DNA of 64,000 bases from Candidatus Nomurabacteria bacterium (GCA_020632445.1 JACKFN010000003.1:81118-145117); one strand, 5' to 3'; shown: positions 28,054 to 41,617, numbered from the stretch's first letter. Numbers and translations: made by a program. The notes: a model not told the origin generated them from the letters alone.

Positions 28054-28879
28054 AAAAATGAAGATTCTTTTCATCCTTGGGCTGAGTCACAGTGGTTCGA
28101 CTTTTTTGGACATGCTGCTTAGTCACTATACTGGCGCTATTGGTCTTGGGGAGCTTCATGCTGTTGCTGATGAAAAGACAACAAATACCGAACATACGTT
28201 TGATATCTGTTCTTGTGGAGAAAAGATGAAGGCGTGTTCATTTTGGAAGAAATTGGATGGATTCCACGCCTCTGGGAGTGACGAAGATAGATATAAGGCT
28301 TATTATCAAAAGTTTATTGAAATGGCATCTTTAGAAGGAAAAGACATCATCATTGATTCTTCAAAGAAGACCTCCACGTTAAATGAGGTATTAAAGCTTC
28401 AAGACGCTGGGATAGCTGAGGTTAAGGTCATTTACATTGTAAAGGATCTTCGTTCATATTTGCAGTCCATGCATAGTTACTATAAAAGACAAAGCAGAAG
28501 ATGGCGACCGTATTGGCACACGGCATGGAGATGGAACAAGAAACTTACACGCATGGAAAAAAATCTCTTAGATAAGAAAATTCCACATATACAAATAAGT
28601 TATGAAAAGTTGTGTTTTGAAACTTCTGCGGTGTTAGGTGAAATTTTTGAGTTTTCAGGATTAGATAATTCGCAATTCTCATTTGAAAATGGTATGTGTT
28701 CGCATGTTGCCTACGGAAATAGAACAAAGAAGAGTTTTCAGGGTGTGCAAGATATTCGCTACTCGAGTGAGTGGATGTACAATTTTTGGCTTAATGTGTG
28801 TGCACTTTTGGCATTTCCGCTGTACAAAAAAAGCCAGGATAGGTTTGCTACAAAAATAATGTATAGAGAAGATGAATAG
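28037..28879 (+). CDS. Sulfotransferase-family protein (PAPS-dependent), apparently intact; ORF track start 27983, ATG 28037 or 28058 more likely
   Basis: N-terminal P-loop-like 5'-PSB motif ILFILGLSHSGSTFL; located in the PAPS-synthesis neighbourhood. Confidence 0.5.
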   Translation: MEKQDKKMKILFILGLSHSGSTFLDMLLSHYTGAIGLGELHAVADEKTTNTEHTFDICSCGEKMKACSFWKKLDGFHASGSDEDRYKAYYQKFIEMASLEGKDIIIDSSKKTSTLNEVLKLQDAGIAEVKVIYIVKDLRSYLQSMHSYYKRQSRRWRPYWHTAWRWNKKLTRMEKNLLDKKIPHIQISYEKLCFETSAVLGEIFEFSGLDNSQFSFENGMCSHVAYGNRTKKSFQGVQDIRYSSEWMYNFWLNVCALLAFPLYKKSQDRFATKIMYREDE

Positions 28880-29675
28880 CCGCATTGAGTATTTTGATGT
28901 TGTTTCGCAGGCGCTCCAAGATGCTGGAAATGCCGTTTTGCATTTTTATGAAAAAGAATATCAGGTACACACCAAGGACGATGGATCCCCTGTAACGCTG
29001 GCGGACAAAGCCTCACATAATATATTGATTGAGCAGTTGTGCGGTACGCAGATACCTGTATATACTGAAGAAAGCGATTCAGTCTATCCACCAGCAGAAA
29101 CGTTTTGGTGTGTTGATCCACTCGATGGTACCAAGGATTTCATACATGCGACGGGTGATTTTAGTATTCTTGTTTCGCTTATTGATAGGAGGCAGCCGAG
29201 TATTGGATTTGTCTATCAGCCAACGACGGGAGATCTTTTTTTTGCTCAACGGGGAAAAGGAGCCTTTGCGCGCAGCGCCAATGGGAATACTGTTTCCATA
29301 CACGCTGATTCACAAGCAACTTTTGCTCAGCAAAAGTTGCTTGTGAGCCGTTTTCATTTGCAAGAATCAGAGACAAAGCTCAAGGATCAGTTGGCCCTTT
29401 TGGGATTTGAACAAAAGGGGAGTTGCGGACTCAAAATGGTCGCGGTAGCACAGGGGAGTGCTCATATATATGTCAATTCCAGTGATAAGACAAGCGAATG
29501 GGATACTGCTGCCGGACAGGTGATATTGCAAGAAGCAGGGGCCGCGCTTACTGATATTGATGGCAATCAATTGATATATGCTAAAGATCAAACAAATAAC
29601 CCGAATGGTATCGTCGCAACAAGTAATTTTGATCACCAAAAAGTACTTGAAAGTTTACAAATTTGTCTAAATTGA
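28872..29675 (+). CDS. cysQ: 3'(2'),5'-bisphosphate nucleotidase (PAP phosphatase, inositol monophosphatase family)
   Basis: WCVDPLDGTKDF and EWDTAAGQVIL motifs. Confidence 0.75.
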   Translation: MNSRIEYFDVVSQALQDAGNAVLHFYEKEYQVHTKDDGSPVTLADKASHNILIEQLCGTQIPVYTEESDSVYPPAETFWCVDPLDGTKDFIHATGDFSILVSLIDRRQPSIGFVYQPTTGDLFFAQRGKGAFARSANGNTVSIHADSQATFAQQKLLVSRFHLQESETKLKDQLALLGFEQKGSCGLKMVAVAQGSAHIYVNSSDKTSEWDTAAGQVILQEAGAALTDIDGNQLIYAKDQTNNPNGIVATSNFDHQKVLESLQICLN

Positions 29676-29708
29676 CATGAGATAAAATGGTTGGTACAAT
29701 AGCCACAC

Positions 29709-30635
29709 TTGCAAAGTGTAGATATGGATGTCTCAAAGTACAATTTAGATTATCTCGATCAGCTTGAGGCTGAGAGTATGCATATTTTTCGTGAATCCGC
29801 AGCGACTTTTCAAAAGCCGGTGCTTTTGTATTCTATTGGAAAAGACTCATCGGTTTTGCTCCATCTGGCGCTTAAGGCTTTTGCTCCTGGGAAGTTGCCT
29901 TTTCCCTTGCTTCATGTGAACACCGGATTTAAGTTTGATGAAATGATTGAATTTCGTGATAAGATCGCTGACCAGTATGGTTTGCAGTTATTCGAGGAGC
30001 AAAACACGGAACCAAAGGCAATGGAATTCACCGCAGAAGATGCCAATTCTGAGCAGTATATCTACTATAAAAAAACAAAGCCACTCGTAGAGGGGCTCAA
30101 AAAACATGGTTTTGATGCTGCATTTGGGGGTGCAAGAAGAGATGAGGAAAAAGCGCGCGCCAAAGAGCGAATATTTTCGCATCGTGATAAAGACAATGTC
30201 TGGAAACCTCGAGCACAAAGGCCGGAGCTATGGCATCTCTACAACCCACTTTTGAAAAGTGGTGAATCTATGCGTGTGTTTCCACTTTCCAACTGGACGG
30301 AACTTGATATCTGGATGTACATCAAGCGAGAGAACATTGATATTGTGCCACTCTATTTTGCGAAAAAACGCGATGTTGTGGTTCGAAACGGCGTCATACT
30401 GCGAGTTGATGAGTTTGTGAAGCCAAAAGAAGGAGAAGAGGTTATTCAGATGGATTGTCGATACCGTACACTTGGATGTTCTCCTTCGACAGGAGCCGTA
30501 CCTTCTACTGCTACAACACTTGACGAGGTGATTGATGAAGTATTCAATGCTGCATGTAGTGAGCGTGAAAATCGCATGATTGATAAAAACTCTGATAGTT
30601 CTATGGAGCAAAAGAAAAAAGAAGGATACTTTTAG
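29709..30635 (+). CDS. cysD: Sulfate adenylyltransferase subunit 2 (PAPS-reductase-like fold)
   Basis: [21 protein letters not shown]-loop; followed by cysN at a 1-bp gap. Confidence 0.8.
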   Translation: MQSVDMDVSKYNLDYLDQLEAESMHIFRESAATFQKPVLLYSIGKDSSVLLHLALKAFAPGKLPFPLLHVNTGFKFDEMIEFRDKIADQYGLQLFEEQNTEPKAMEFTAEDANSEQYIYYKKTKPLVEGLKKHGFDAAFGGARRDEEKARAKERIFSHRDKDNVWKPRAQRPELWHLYNPLLKSGESMRVFPLSNWTELDIWMYIKRENIDIVPLYFAKKRDVVVRNGVILRVDEFVKPKEGEEVIQMDCRYRTLGCSPSTGAVPSTATTLDEVIDEVFNAACSERENRMIDKNSDSSMEQKKKEGYF

Positions 30636-30636
30636 T

Positions 30637-32445
30637 ATGAAAGAAATTTTGGAAAGCAAAAAAGAACTCGTTCGTCTGACAACCGCAGGGAGCGTTGATG
30701 ACGGAAAGTCTACACTCATCGGAAGACTTTTGTTTGATTGTGACGCGGTCTACCAAGATCAGCTTGAATCGATAAAAAAGAGCAATGATGGTGAAATTGA
30801 TTTTGCCCTTATTACCGACGGCCTTTCTAGTGAGCGTGAACAAGGGATTACTATTGACGTTGCATATAGATATTTTTCAACAAGAAATAGAAGATTTATT
30901 ATTTCAGATGTTCCCGGACATGAGCAGTACACCAAAAACATGGTTACGGGTGCATCGAATGCTGACATCGCTATTATTTTGATCGATGCCAGAAGAGGAG
31001 TAATGCGCCAGTCAAGACGTCATCTGTGTATCGCTTCACTTTTGCAGATTCCACATGTTTTGGTACTCGTGAACAAAATGGATGCGATTGATTATGATCG
31101 AAAGGCTTTTGAAGATATCCAGAGTGAGCTTTCAGAATTTGCAGCTAAACTTTCTATTAAGGATTTGCAGTTTATTCCAATTTCTGCCCTGAAAGGTGAT
31201 TTTGTAACAAAAAAAAGCGACAACATGTCATGGTATCAAGGGCGTACGCTTCTTGACTATCTTGAAAATGTTCAGATAAATGTCGATAGGAATCTTATCG
31301 ATTTTCGATTTCCTGTTCAGTATGTCCTGCGTCCACATCAGGACTTCCGTGGATATGCAGGTGTCGTAGAAGGTGGAGCGATAAAAACAGGAGAAACCGT
31401 CATGGTGCTCCCAAGTAAAAAGATATCAAAAATAAAGGAGATCTATGTTGGAGATAGAGTCGTTAATGAGTGTTTTTCACCACAATCTGCATTACTCACA
31501 CTCGAAGATGAAATAGATATTGCACGTGGTGACATGTTGGTGAGACCAAACAATGTTCCGCAGAGCAAGAGTGCGTTTGAAGCATATTTGTGTTGGATGG
31601 GAGACGAAAAAATGGAGTTAGGGCATAGGTACTTGGTGAAACAGACAACAAACATGGCAAGTAGCAGGGTTACTGAGCTTAATTACCGTTTGAATGTGGA
31701 AACGTTGCATCGTGAAACCGCAGAGTGCTTTGAGCTCAATGATATCGGAAAGGTGGTTATTCGCACCCAAAAGCCATTATACTTTGATCCCTATAAGCAA
31801 AATCGAAATACTGGTGGGTTTATCTTGATTGATGAAGCCACCAATCAGACAGTTGCTGCAGGCATGATAATCGCGGCGATAAATGAAGACGATGCTGAAG
31901 ACTCAGATTTTCGAGACGTTTCGATGAGGGTACAAAAACCGGCTCCTGTGCTTTGGTTTGAAGGGCTGTCTGGTTCTGGAAAATCGACACTCGCAGACGC
32001 TGTTTATGAGCGGCTGGTTCAAAAAGGAATAGAGTGTAGGAGGCTTGATGGTGACCTTTTGCGTGAACATATTACCGGTGATCTTGGTTTTGGAAAAGAG
32101 GGAAGAGCGAAAAATCTTGAGATTGCCGGGTATCTTGCACAAATGCTTTCGCAGCATGGTGTAGTAGTGCTCTCAACATTTATTACCCCTTATGAAAGTG
32201 TCAGAAGAAGACTCCGTGAGCAAATTGAAAATTTTCAGGAAATTTATGTGAGCACCTCACTTGAGGTATGCGAGCAGCGTGATGTTAAGGGTCTTTACCA
32301 AAAAGCGAGAAAGGGAGAGATTGAGAACTTTACGGGTATTTCTGACGACTTTGAGGTACCAAAAAATCCAGCACTTGTAATTGATACACACAATCAAAAC
32401 CTGGAAGATTGTGCTCAACAGATTGTAAAACATTTTTCTTTATAA
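30637..32445 (+). CDS. cysNC: Bifunctional sulfate adenylyltransferase subunit 1 (GTPase) fused to adenylylsulfate kinase
   Basis: GTPase G1 GSVDDGKSTLIGRLL; C-terminal APS-kinase P-loop FEGLSGSGKSTLADAV; ATG at 30637 with GAAGGA RBS (ORF track starts at 30580). Confidence 0.85.
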   Translation: MKEILESKKELVRLTTAGSVDDGKSTLIGRLLFDCDAVYQDQLESIKKSNDGEIDFALITDGLSSEREQGITIDVAYRYFSTRNRRFIISDVPGHEQYTKNMVTGASNADIAIILIDARRGVMRQSRRHLCIASLLQIPHVLVLVNKMDAIDYDRKAFEDIQSELSEFAAKLSIKDLQFIPISALKGDFVTKKSDNMSWYQGRTLLDYLENVQINVDRNLIDFRFPVQYVLRPHQDFRGYAGVVEGGAIKTGETVMVLPSKKISKIKEIYVGDRVVNECFSPQSALLTLEDEIDIARGDMLVRPNNVPQSKSAFEAYLCWMGDEKMELGHRYLVKQTTNMASSRVTELNYRLNVETLHRETAECFELNDIGKVVIRTQKPLYFDPYKQNRNTGGFILIDEATNQTVAAGMIIAAINEDDAEDSDFRDVSMRVQKPAPVLWFEGLSGSGKSTLADAVYERLVQKGIECRRLDGDLLREHITGDLGFGKEGRAKNLEIAGYLAQMLSQHGVVVLSTFITPYESVRRRLREQIENFQEIYVSTSLEVCEQRDVKGLYQKARKGEIENFTGISDDFEVPKNPALVIDTHNQNLEDCAQQIVKHFSL

Positions 32446-32456
32446 AGTTAGTTTTC

Positions 32457-33265
32457 ATGTTTTTTAAAAAAGTGTACCGTTTCTTTCGAAGAAATAAAAA
32501 TCAATTTCTTACTGATGTTGTTGTTTTTTCATTTCCAAAATCAGGAAGAACGTGGCTTCGAGTAATACTTGCAAAATATTTCTCTCTTTATTATGATGCT
32601 GAATTCCGTTTGAACCTCTATACATTAAAAAATACGCAGGTAAAAAACTTCCTTACATTTTTTTTGACCATGTTATTTCTTCTGAGGATGGTTCTCTTAA
32701 CAAAAAGCTTTTGCGTAAGCGTGCCCGGAAGAAAAGTATTCTTTTGGTAAGAGATCCTCGAGATGTGGTGGTTTCTTACTATTTCCAAATTACTCAGCGA
32801 GAACCCGATGTTAAAAAACTTTATTTCCAGGATAAAGATGTAACCATGAGCGAGTTTATACGGCATGACAAACTCGGTATTGCAAACATTGTGTCATATA
32901 TGAATGTGCTCTATGAAGTGGTTCAAGAAGTAAGAGGAAATGATTTTTTGATAATTTCCTATAGGGACTTAAAGAATAAGCCCTTTGTCACGCTCAAAAA
33001 GCTGTTTGAATACGCCGGTATAACTAATGTCGACAATACGCTTTTACAGTAAGCATACCAATTTTCTACTTTCAATAATATGAAAAAGATGGAGGAAGAA
33101 GGAGAATTTTCTGCCACGATTTTACAGCCACAGGATAAGGATAATCCTGAGACATATAAAGTTCGAAAAGGAAAAGTGGGGGGATATGTTGAGTACTTCA
33201 CGAAGAAAGATCAAGAATTTGCTGCAAGAGAAATTAAAAAGCTCAATCCCACATTTGGTTTTTAG
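32457..33265 (+). pseudogene. Disrupted PAPS-dependent sulfotransferase, split across three ORFs: a -1 frameshift in a T8 tract (32658-32665) and an in-frame TAA (33050-33052)
   Basis: Frame 0 encodes the canonical 5'-PSB FPKSGRTWL; frame 2 continues FDHVISSEDG...LLVRDPRDVVVSYYFQ; after the TAA the same frame continues ...KVRKGKVGGYVEYFT (SULT RKGxxGxW region); a T9 tract would restore the frame. Confidence 0.6.
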
Positions 33266-34500
33266 CGTTTTTTGAGAATATACCAAAAAGCAAAGTATAA
33301 GAATCCATCAGCAATAATTTGCGTTGCCACGATTCCCCAGATTCCGTAATAGTATCCAAGAATAAAGTATAAAAGAATCCGCAGCAAATGTACGGCAGTG
33401 CGTGAGACATAGAGTTCTTTGATGTATTGCTGCGCCTCGAGTGCCTGAGAGAAAAGTGCGCGAAGTTGAAAAACATATCCAAGCGCAAGAATCTGAGTAA
33501 TTTTGATGGCTTCTGGATAGAGTGGATAGATCAGTCGAAAGGCATACGGTATGAGCAAGATGTATCCAAGGATTACAAGGAGGCTGATCATCGATGCCAT
33601 GAAAACTTTTTTAGGAAGAGTCTTTTTGAGAGACTCTTTTGAGTTGGTGCTAAATTTAGGAAGTGCAAGTACTCCAAGCTGGCTAATCGGTGCACCGAGA
33701 ATATTCAATGGGGCATAGGCAATGGAGTAGATGGCAACTTGGATAGGGCCAAGGTAGTGCCAGATCACCAGTTTATCGAGTTCTTGAGCTGCTGAGCCAA
33801 GCAACCTCATCAGGCTCAGATGTTTTCCATAACCAATCATTGATGCTTCGGTTTTGTCATTTTCTACGTAGTGTCTAAGCGTATAGCGATAGGCTATGTA
33901 TTGAGTAACAGCGTTGAGTAACATAAAACCGGCAACCAGCACCACTACGTTATTAGTCATCAAAAGGAGTGCTACAAATCCAATGCAGATGGCAATTTTT
34001 ACCAGTATTTGTAATCGAGTAGAAGCACCAAAGGCTTTTTTTCCTTGAAGAAAATTCTGATAGACACGGAAATTCCGAAAAAAAGGAATGAGAAGGGATC
34101 CAACAACAAAAGCGCTTCCAAGTCGCAGATCTCCTTGCATGAAGTAGTAGGTCGAGATTCCAAGCCCAATAAGTGATCCTACGGTTCCCCATTGCATCAT
34201 GGCACGCAGAGCTGCTCTGACACCTCCTTCATATCCACGTGCAACACTGCGCGCTACTGCAACTGACATGCCTGGAAGAGTTGTGAGATGTAAAAGTGTA
34301 ATGAAAGAAAGGATGTATTTGTAGGTACCAAATGTCTCTCTGGGGAGGAGGTTTGATAGGGCAATGGAAGTAACAAGCGAAGTGAGCGCACCGACAATTC
34401 CATTTGCCATGAGAACACTTCCACCTTTGGCAAGATACACCATATTGGTTTGGGTGTATTTTTCCGTTTTTTTGAGAAGCTCTAAAAGTTTTTGTTTCAT
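33262..34500 (-). CDS. wzx: Polysaccharide flippase (Wzx/MOP superfamily)
   Basis: 412 aa, about 12 predicted TM helices, typical polysaccharide biosynthesis protein profile. Confidence 0.6.
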   Translation of the reverse strand: MKQKLLELLKKTEKYTQTNMVYLAKGGSVLMANGIVGALTSLVTSIALSNLLPRETFGTYKYILSFITLLHLTTLPGMSVAVARSVARGYEGGVRAALRAMMQWGTVGSLIGLGISTYYFMQGDLRLGSAFVVGSLLIPFFRNFRVYQNFLQGKKAFGASTRLQILVKIAICIGFVALLLMTNNVVVLVAGFMLLNAVTQYIAYRYTLRHYVENDKTEASMIGYGKHLSLMRLLGSAAQELDKLVIWHYLGPIQVAIYSIAYAPLNILGAPISQLGVLALPKFSTNSKESLKKTLPKKVFMASMISLLVILGYILLIPYAFRLIYPLYPEAIKITQILALGYVFQLRALFSQALEAQQYIKELYVSRTAVHLLRILLYFILGYYYGIWGIVATQIIADGFLYFAFWYILKKR

Positions 34501-34584
34501 AAAAAATTTACCTTATTATAGCAAGTTTTCTATAAAACGAAAAGTCTTGAAATAAAAAAAACCACTGTTTGTGGAGTTGTGGCG

Positions 34585-34611
34585 GCCGACCTGTGGTAGG
34601 TACAGGTCGGC
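34585..34611 (-). terminator. GC-rich hairpin GCCGACCTGT-ggtaggt-ACAGGTCGGC immediately 3' of the island gene (T-run about 20 nt further on)
   Basis: Perfect 10-bp inverted repeat read directly; non-canonical spacing to the U-tract. Confidence 0.4.
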
Positions 34612-34648
34612 GCCGTTGGTGGGGTAGCTCGCCGTGACGAGTGGCGGA

Positions 34649-37669
<3,021 letters not shown>

Positions 37670-37943
37670 CCGATCTGAACACCATCAACACTTCAAACTT
37701 CATCCCCGACACTCAAAGTGGTGCGTGTAGGGTGATTTCGTATCTGACCTGATTGCCAGAGTAAACGAAACACGCTTGGGGTCCCAGCCCTGCAACCGCC
37801 CTTTTCGCTATGAGCGGAAGGAGCTGGGCAGGCACCAACTGACATTTGATCAGCTTATGCCTGCCTGCAGGGTGGAAAAGTTCAAAGAATTTTGAAATTT
37901 TTTGTAAAGATCCTGTATTGCACGTATTGTACAATAACAGGTA

Positions 37944-37972
37944 ATTATAGCAAAAAATGACGCTTTTGTCAA
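37944..37972 (-). promoter_or_regulatory. Perfect sigma70-consensus promoter on the minus strand (TTGACA-17 bp-TATAAT) reading into the high-GC island
   Basis: Reverse complement of 37967-37972 is TTGACA and of 37944-37949 is TATAAT, with a 17-nt spacer. Confidence 0.5.
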
Positions 37973-37980
37973 GTCCTAAA

Positions 37981-38000
37981 AAGGGCCTTGCAAGGCCCTT
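37981..38000 (-). terminator. Palindromic hairpin AAGGGCCTTG/CAAGGCCCTT 3' of the glycosyltransferase gene, followed on the minus strand by TTTTT and then the -35 box
   Basis: 20-bp perfect palindrome read directly. Confidence 0.45.
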
Positions 38001-38039
38001 CAAAACAACGTTATTTTTTTGCTAAAATGAGGTAATATT

Positions 38040-39170
38040 TCAGCTATATACCTTAAAATACTCTTCGACCATGGTTTGCGAAGAAAAGTGAGTTGAAAAG
38101 GAGAGGTTGGACTGTACAGTGGCACTATACAGGTGCTCATCGTCCAAAAAAGCCTCCAATTTGGTCTTGAAATCCTCAAAATTCTGGCTCGTGTAGAGCT
38201 GGAACAGGTCGTCATTTACTACCTCATGGCTTCCTCCTACATTGCTGGTGAGAATCGGTACACCAGCCTTGAGGGCCTCGACAAGAGTGATAGACAGACC
38301 CTCATAGAGTGATGGAAGTACAAACACATCAAACCCAGGGATGTACTTTGCAGCATCATCAATGTTTTCAATGATGAACACGTGGTCTTCAAGTTTATGA
38401 GCTGCAATGATTTTTTGGTACTTGACTTTCTCTGGACCCGATCCAATCATGACAAAAATCAGACCAGGATTTTTTATTAAAAGTTTTTGAAAGTTATCAA
38501 GAATGAATTCATAATTTTTTGGGTATGCGAGCCTTCCAATGGATCCGAGTATTTTGGCGCGTTCAAAAAAAGCTTTGTCTTTTTTTGTCCACATAGCAAA
38601 GGTTTCCCTTGACTGCAATTTTTTTAAAAAGGTTACCTCTGGCGCATTGTAGATAACATGCTGGCTTTTTGAGAGTCCAATGGAGTGTGCATAGTCTCTG
38701 TTGGTTTTGCTGACAAAGACAGGGGCGTCAACATACGGGAGATAATGTCCAAAAAAGATTTTGAAAAGGATACGTAGCAGTGGTTTTTTGCTGCCTGGGT
38801 CGAGATAGGACAATCCACGAAAGGTAAAAACGGTTTTGATTTTTGGAAAATGCTGTTTGATCACTTTTGCAGCCGGGAGTGTATTGGAGCTATTGAGGTG
38901 AACAACATCAAATGACTCCTTTGCCAAAAAGTTTTTGAATTCTTGGGTGAATGACCGAAGAGAAAGGGGATTGAGGCTTCGCTCAAGGTGCTCAAAAGCA
39001 TGCGCAGCAATACGATTCTTTGCACAGACTTCAGGCAAAAAGTTTCCAGTATTTTTCCCAAAGCCAACAACAACTTCATGGCCCATTGCCTGAAGCCCTT
39101 TGGCAAGGGTAAGCGTCATAGTCTGTGCGCCACCAATTTCTGCTTTGGTGATCAGGAGGAGGATTCTCAT
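38040..39170 (-). CDS. Glycosyltransferase family 4
   Basis: VLPSLYEGLSITLVEALKAGVPILTSNVGG. Confidence 0.7.
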   Translation of the reverse strand: MRILLLITKAEIGGAQTMTLTLAKGLQAMGHEVVVGFGKNTGNFLPEVCAKNRIAAHAFEHLERSLNPLSLRSFTQEFKNFLAKESFDVVHLNSSNTLPAAKVIKQHFPKIKTVFTFRGLSYLDPGSKKPLLRILFKIFFGHYLPYVDAPVFVSKTNRDYAHSIGLSKSQHVIYNAPEVTFLKKLQSRETFAMWTKKDKAFFERAKILGSIGRLAYPKNYEFILDNFQKLLIKNPGLIFVMIGSGPEKVKYQKIIAAHKLEDHVFIIENIDDAAKYIPGFDVFVLPSLYEGLSITLVEALKAGVPILTSNVGGSHEVVNDDLFQLYTSQNFEDFKTKLEAFLDDEHLYSATVQSNLSFSTHFSSQTMVEEYFKVYS

Positions 39171-39314
39171 ATGACTCCATGGTACTCGATTTTCCGGTAT
39201 TTGTGAAGTTTTTGTTGTTTTGTGAAAGAATGACTCTATCTGTGCGTACTACCCAAGTAGGGGGTTGAATTAATCAGGCATTTTCGGTATAATGTACCCA
39301 TTAAAATTCATACT

Positions 39315-40619
39315 ATGGTGACTTTAGCGCAGCTTTGTAATCGTGAGGAAAAACTCTGTGTCGTTGGACTTGGCTATGTTGGGTTACCACTTGCCGTGCT
39401 CTTGTCAAAGCATTTTGAGACGATTGGATTTGATATTCACCGCGAAAAGATAGAAGAACTCAAGACAGGCTACGATCGTATGAATGAAGTCTCAGATAAT
39501 GAGCTCAAGCAATCAGCGCTTGACTATACCAGTGACGCTGGGCGCATAAACGAGGCACAGTACATTATAGTGGCGGTGCCAACTCCTGTAGATAACAATA
39601 ACATTCCAGATTTGGGCATTGTCAAAAAGGCAAGTGAAATGGTGGGGAAAAACATGGCGAAGGGAAGCATCGTAGTATTCGAGTCAACCGTATACCCTGG
39701 AGTTACTGAGGACATTTGTGTTCCTATCTTAGAGCAGGCATCTGGTATGAAACACTTGCAGGATTTTTGGGTAGGATATTCACCAGAGCGTGTGAATCCT
39801 GGCGACAAGGAGCACACAATTGATAAAATTACCAAAGTGGTTTCTGGATCAGACGAGGCAAGCGCGCAGGTGATTGCCGGAGTATATGGAAAAATTACCA
39901 ACACGTATAGCGCAGCATCTATTCGAGTAGCAGAAGCAGCAAAAGTTATTGAGAACACTCAGCGTGATATTAATATCGCGCTCATGAATGAGCTTGCGAT
40001 GCTTTTTTCTAAAATGGATATTTCGGTGTATGATGTACTCGAAGCAGCCGGAACCAAGTGGAACTTTTTGAAATTCCGTCCTGGGCTCGTTGGTGGGCAT
40101 TGTATTGGTGTTGATCCATACTATCTTACCTTTAAAGCGCAAGAGGTTGGTCACCGTCCAGAGATGATTTTGGCTGGACGTGGCATCAACGACGGTATGC
40201 ACAAGTTTATTGCCAGCGAAATCATCAAAGAAATGGTGAGTGTAGGGAAAGATGTGAGCAAATCAAAATTTGTAGTACTTGGACTTACCTTTAAAGAAAA
40301 TGTCAAAGACATACGCAATTCAAAAGTTGCGGAGCTCGTTTTGGAGTTAAAAAAGTTTGGCGTCGAGCCACTCGTGTACGATCCAATCGCTGATCCCAAA
40401 GAAGTTGAGCATGAATATGGAATACAGCTTGCCAAAAAAGAAGATCTCCCCAAAGCAGATACGCTTATTGTGGCTGTTGCCCATAGTGAATTTAAAGACA
40501 TGACACCGCAGCATCTTCGAGAAATGATGAACCATGAAAATCTTTTGCTTGTTGATGTGCAGCATTTGTATGACAAAACTGCCATTGAAGAGGCCGGGAT
40601 TCGTTACTGGAGTTTGTAA
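39315..40619 (+). CDS. Nucleotide-sugar dehydrogenase (UDP-glucose/UDP-N-acetylhexosamine 6-dehydrogenase family)
   Basis: N-terminal VVGLGYVGLPLAVLL Rossmann motif; GGHCIGVDPYYL catalytic Cys region. Confidence 0.8.
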   Translation: MVTLAQLCNREEKLCVVGLGYVGLPLAVLLSKHFETIGFDIHREKIEELKTGYDRMNEVSDNELKQSALDYTSDAGRINEAQYIIVAVPTPVDNNNIPDLGIVKKASEMVGKNMAKGSIVVFESTVYPGVTEDICVPILEQASGMKHLQDFWVGYSPERVNPGDKEHTIDKITKVVSGSDEASAQVIAGVYGKITNTYSAASIRVAEAAKVIENTQRDINIALMNELAMLFSKMDISVYDVLEAAGTKWNFLKFRPGLVGGHCIGVDPYYLTFKAQEVGHRPEMILAGRGINDGMHKFIASEIIKEMVSVGKDVSKSKFVVLGLTFKENVKDIRNSKVAELVLELKKFGVEPLVYDPIADPKEVEHEYGIQLAKKEDLPKADTLIVAVAHSEFKDMTPQHLREMMNHENLLLVDVQHLYDKTAIEEAGIRYWSL

Positions 40620-40705
40620 ATTGTAAACAGGAAAACATATAAACATGGGTGGGGTGTAAATGTCTCTGCAAAAGTGTTTATATGTTTACATGTTTAAATG
40701 ACTCT

Positions 40706-41617
40706 ATGAGATATCTAATTACCGGAGGAGCGGGTTTTGTTGGAACCAACTTGGCTATTGAACTTCTTGCGCAGGGACATGAAGTTGTTGTTATTGACAA
40801 CTATGCTGGAGGGCGCATGGAAAGTCGTGTGGTTGAAGGTGTTACCTATGTAGAAGGAGATATCCGTAATCGAGCTGACCTCGATAAGGCCATGGTGGGC
40901 GTTGACGGCGTTTTTCACATGGCCGCGCTTCCACGTGTAACGTTTTCTGTTGAAAATCCGGAGCTTACCCATGATGTGAATGTAAATGGTACGCTTCAGG
41001 TACTTCTCGCTGCGCGCGATAATGGCGTGAAGCGTATTGTATTTTCATCATCCTCTTCAGCGTATGGTGATCAAGAAGTCTTTCCACTTCAGGAAGATTC
41101 AATGGTGAAACGTCCGATTGCACCGTATGCACTCCATAAACTCATCGGTGAACACTATTGTCGTTTGTTTGCTTTGCACTATGGACTTGAGGCGGTTTCG
41201 CTTATTTATTTCAATGTGTACGGTCCGTACTGCGATCCAAATGGAGCGTATGCACTTGTGATTGGAAAATTTCTCAAACAAGTCAGTGAAGGAAAACCCA
41301 TGACGGTGTGTGGTGATGGAGAATTTTACCGAGATTATACGTACGTGAGTGACGTCGTGAATGCGAATATTCTTGCCATGACCAAAGAAACGGTAGGAAA
41401 AGGGGAGACGATCAATGTTGGAAACAACGATCCAAAGTCCGTCAATGACATTGTTAAACTCATCGGTGGTGAATTTGAAAGTATTCCAGAGCGTCCAGGT
41501 GATGTGCGTTATACCAAAGCTGACATTACCAAAGCGCAAGAGCTTTTGGGATGGAACCCAACCGTATCATTGGAGCAGGGAATTGGGATACTGAAAAAAG
41601 AATGGGGATTGGAGTAA
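40706..41617 (+). CDS. NAD-dependent UDP-sugar 4-epimerase (GalE/WbpP-like); ATG at 40706 preferred over ORF start 40649
   Basis: YLITGGAGFVGTNLAIELL; SSSSAYG...YxxxK. Confidence 0.7.
   Translation: MRYLITGGAGFVGTNLAIELLAQGHEVVVIDNYAGGRMESRVVEGVTYVEGDIRNRADLDKAMVGVDGVFHMAALPRVTFSVENPELTHDVNVNGTLQVLLAARDNGVKRIVFSSSSSAYGDQEVFPLQEDSMVKRPIAPYALHKLIGEHYCRLFALHYGLEAVSLIYFNVYGPYCDPNGAYALVIGKFLKQVSEGKPMTVCGDGEFYRDYTYVSDVVNANILAMTKETVGKGETINVGNNDPKSVNDIVKLIGGEFESIPERPGDVRYTKADITKAQELLGWNPTVSLEQGIGILKKEWGLE

Noticed and set aside
32690-32715. A suspected second frameshift in the sulfotransferase pseudogene near 32700
   Set aside because: On recounting the bases, FDHVISSEDGSLNKKLLRKRARKK... is one continuous frame from 32666 onward. 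Only the T8-tract frameshift and the TAA at 33050 are real.
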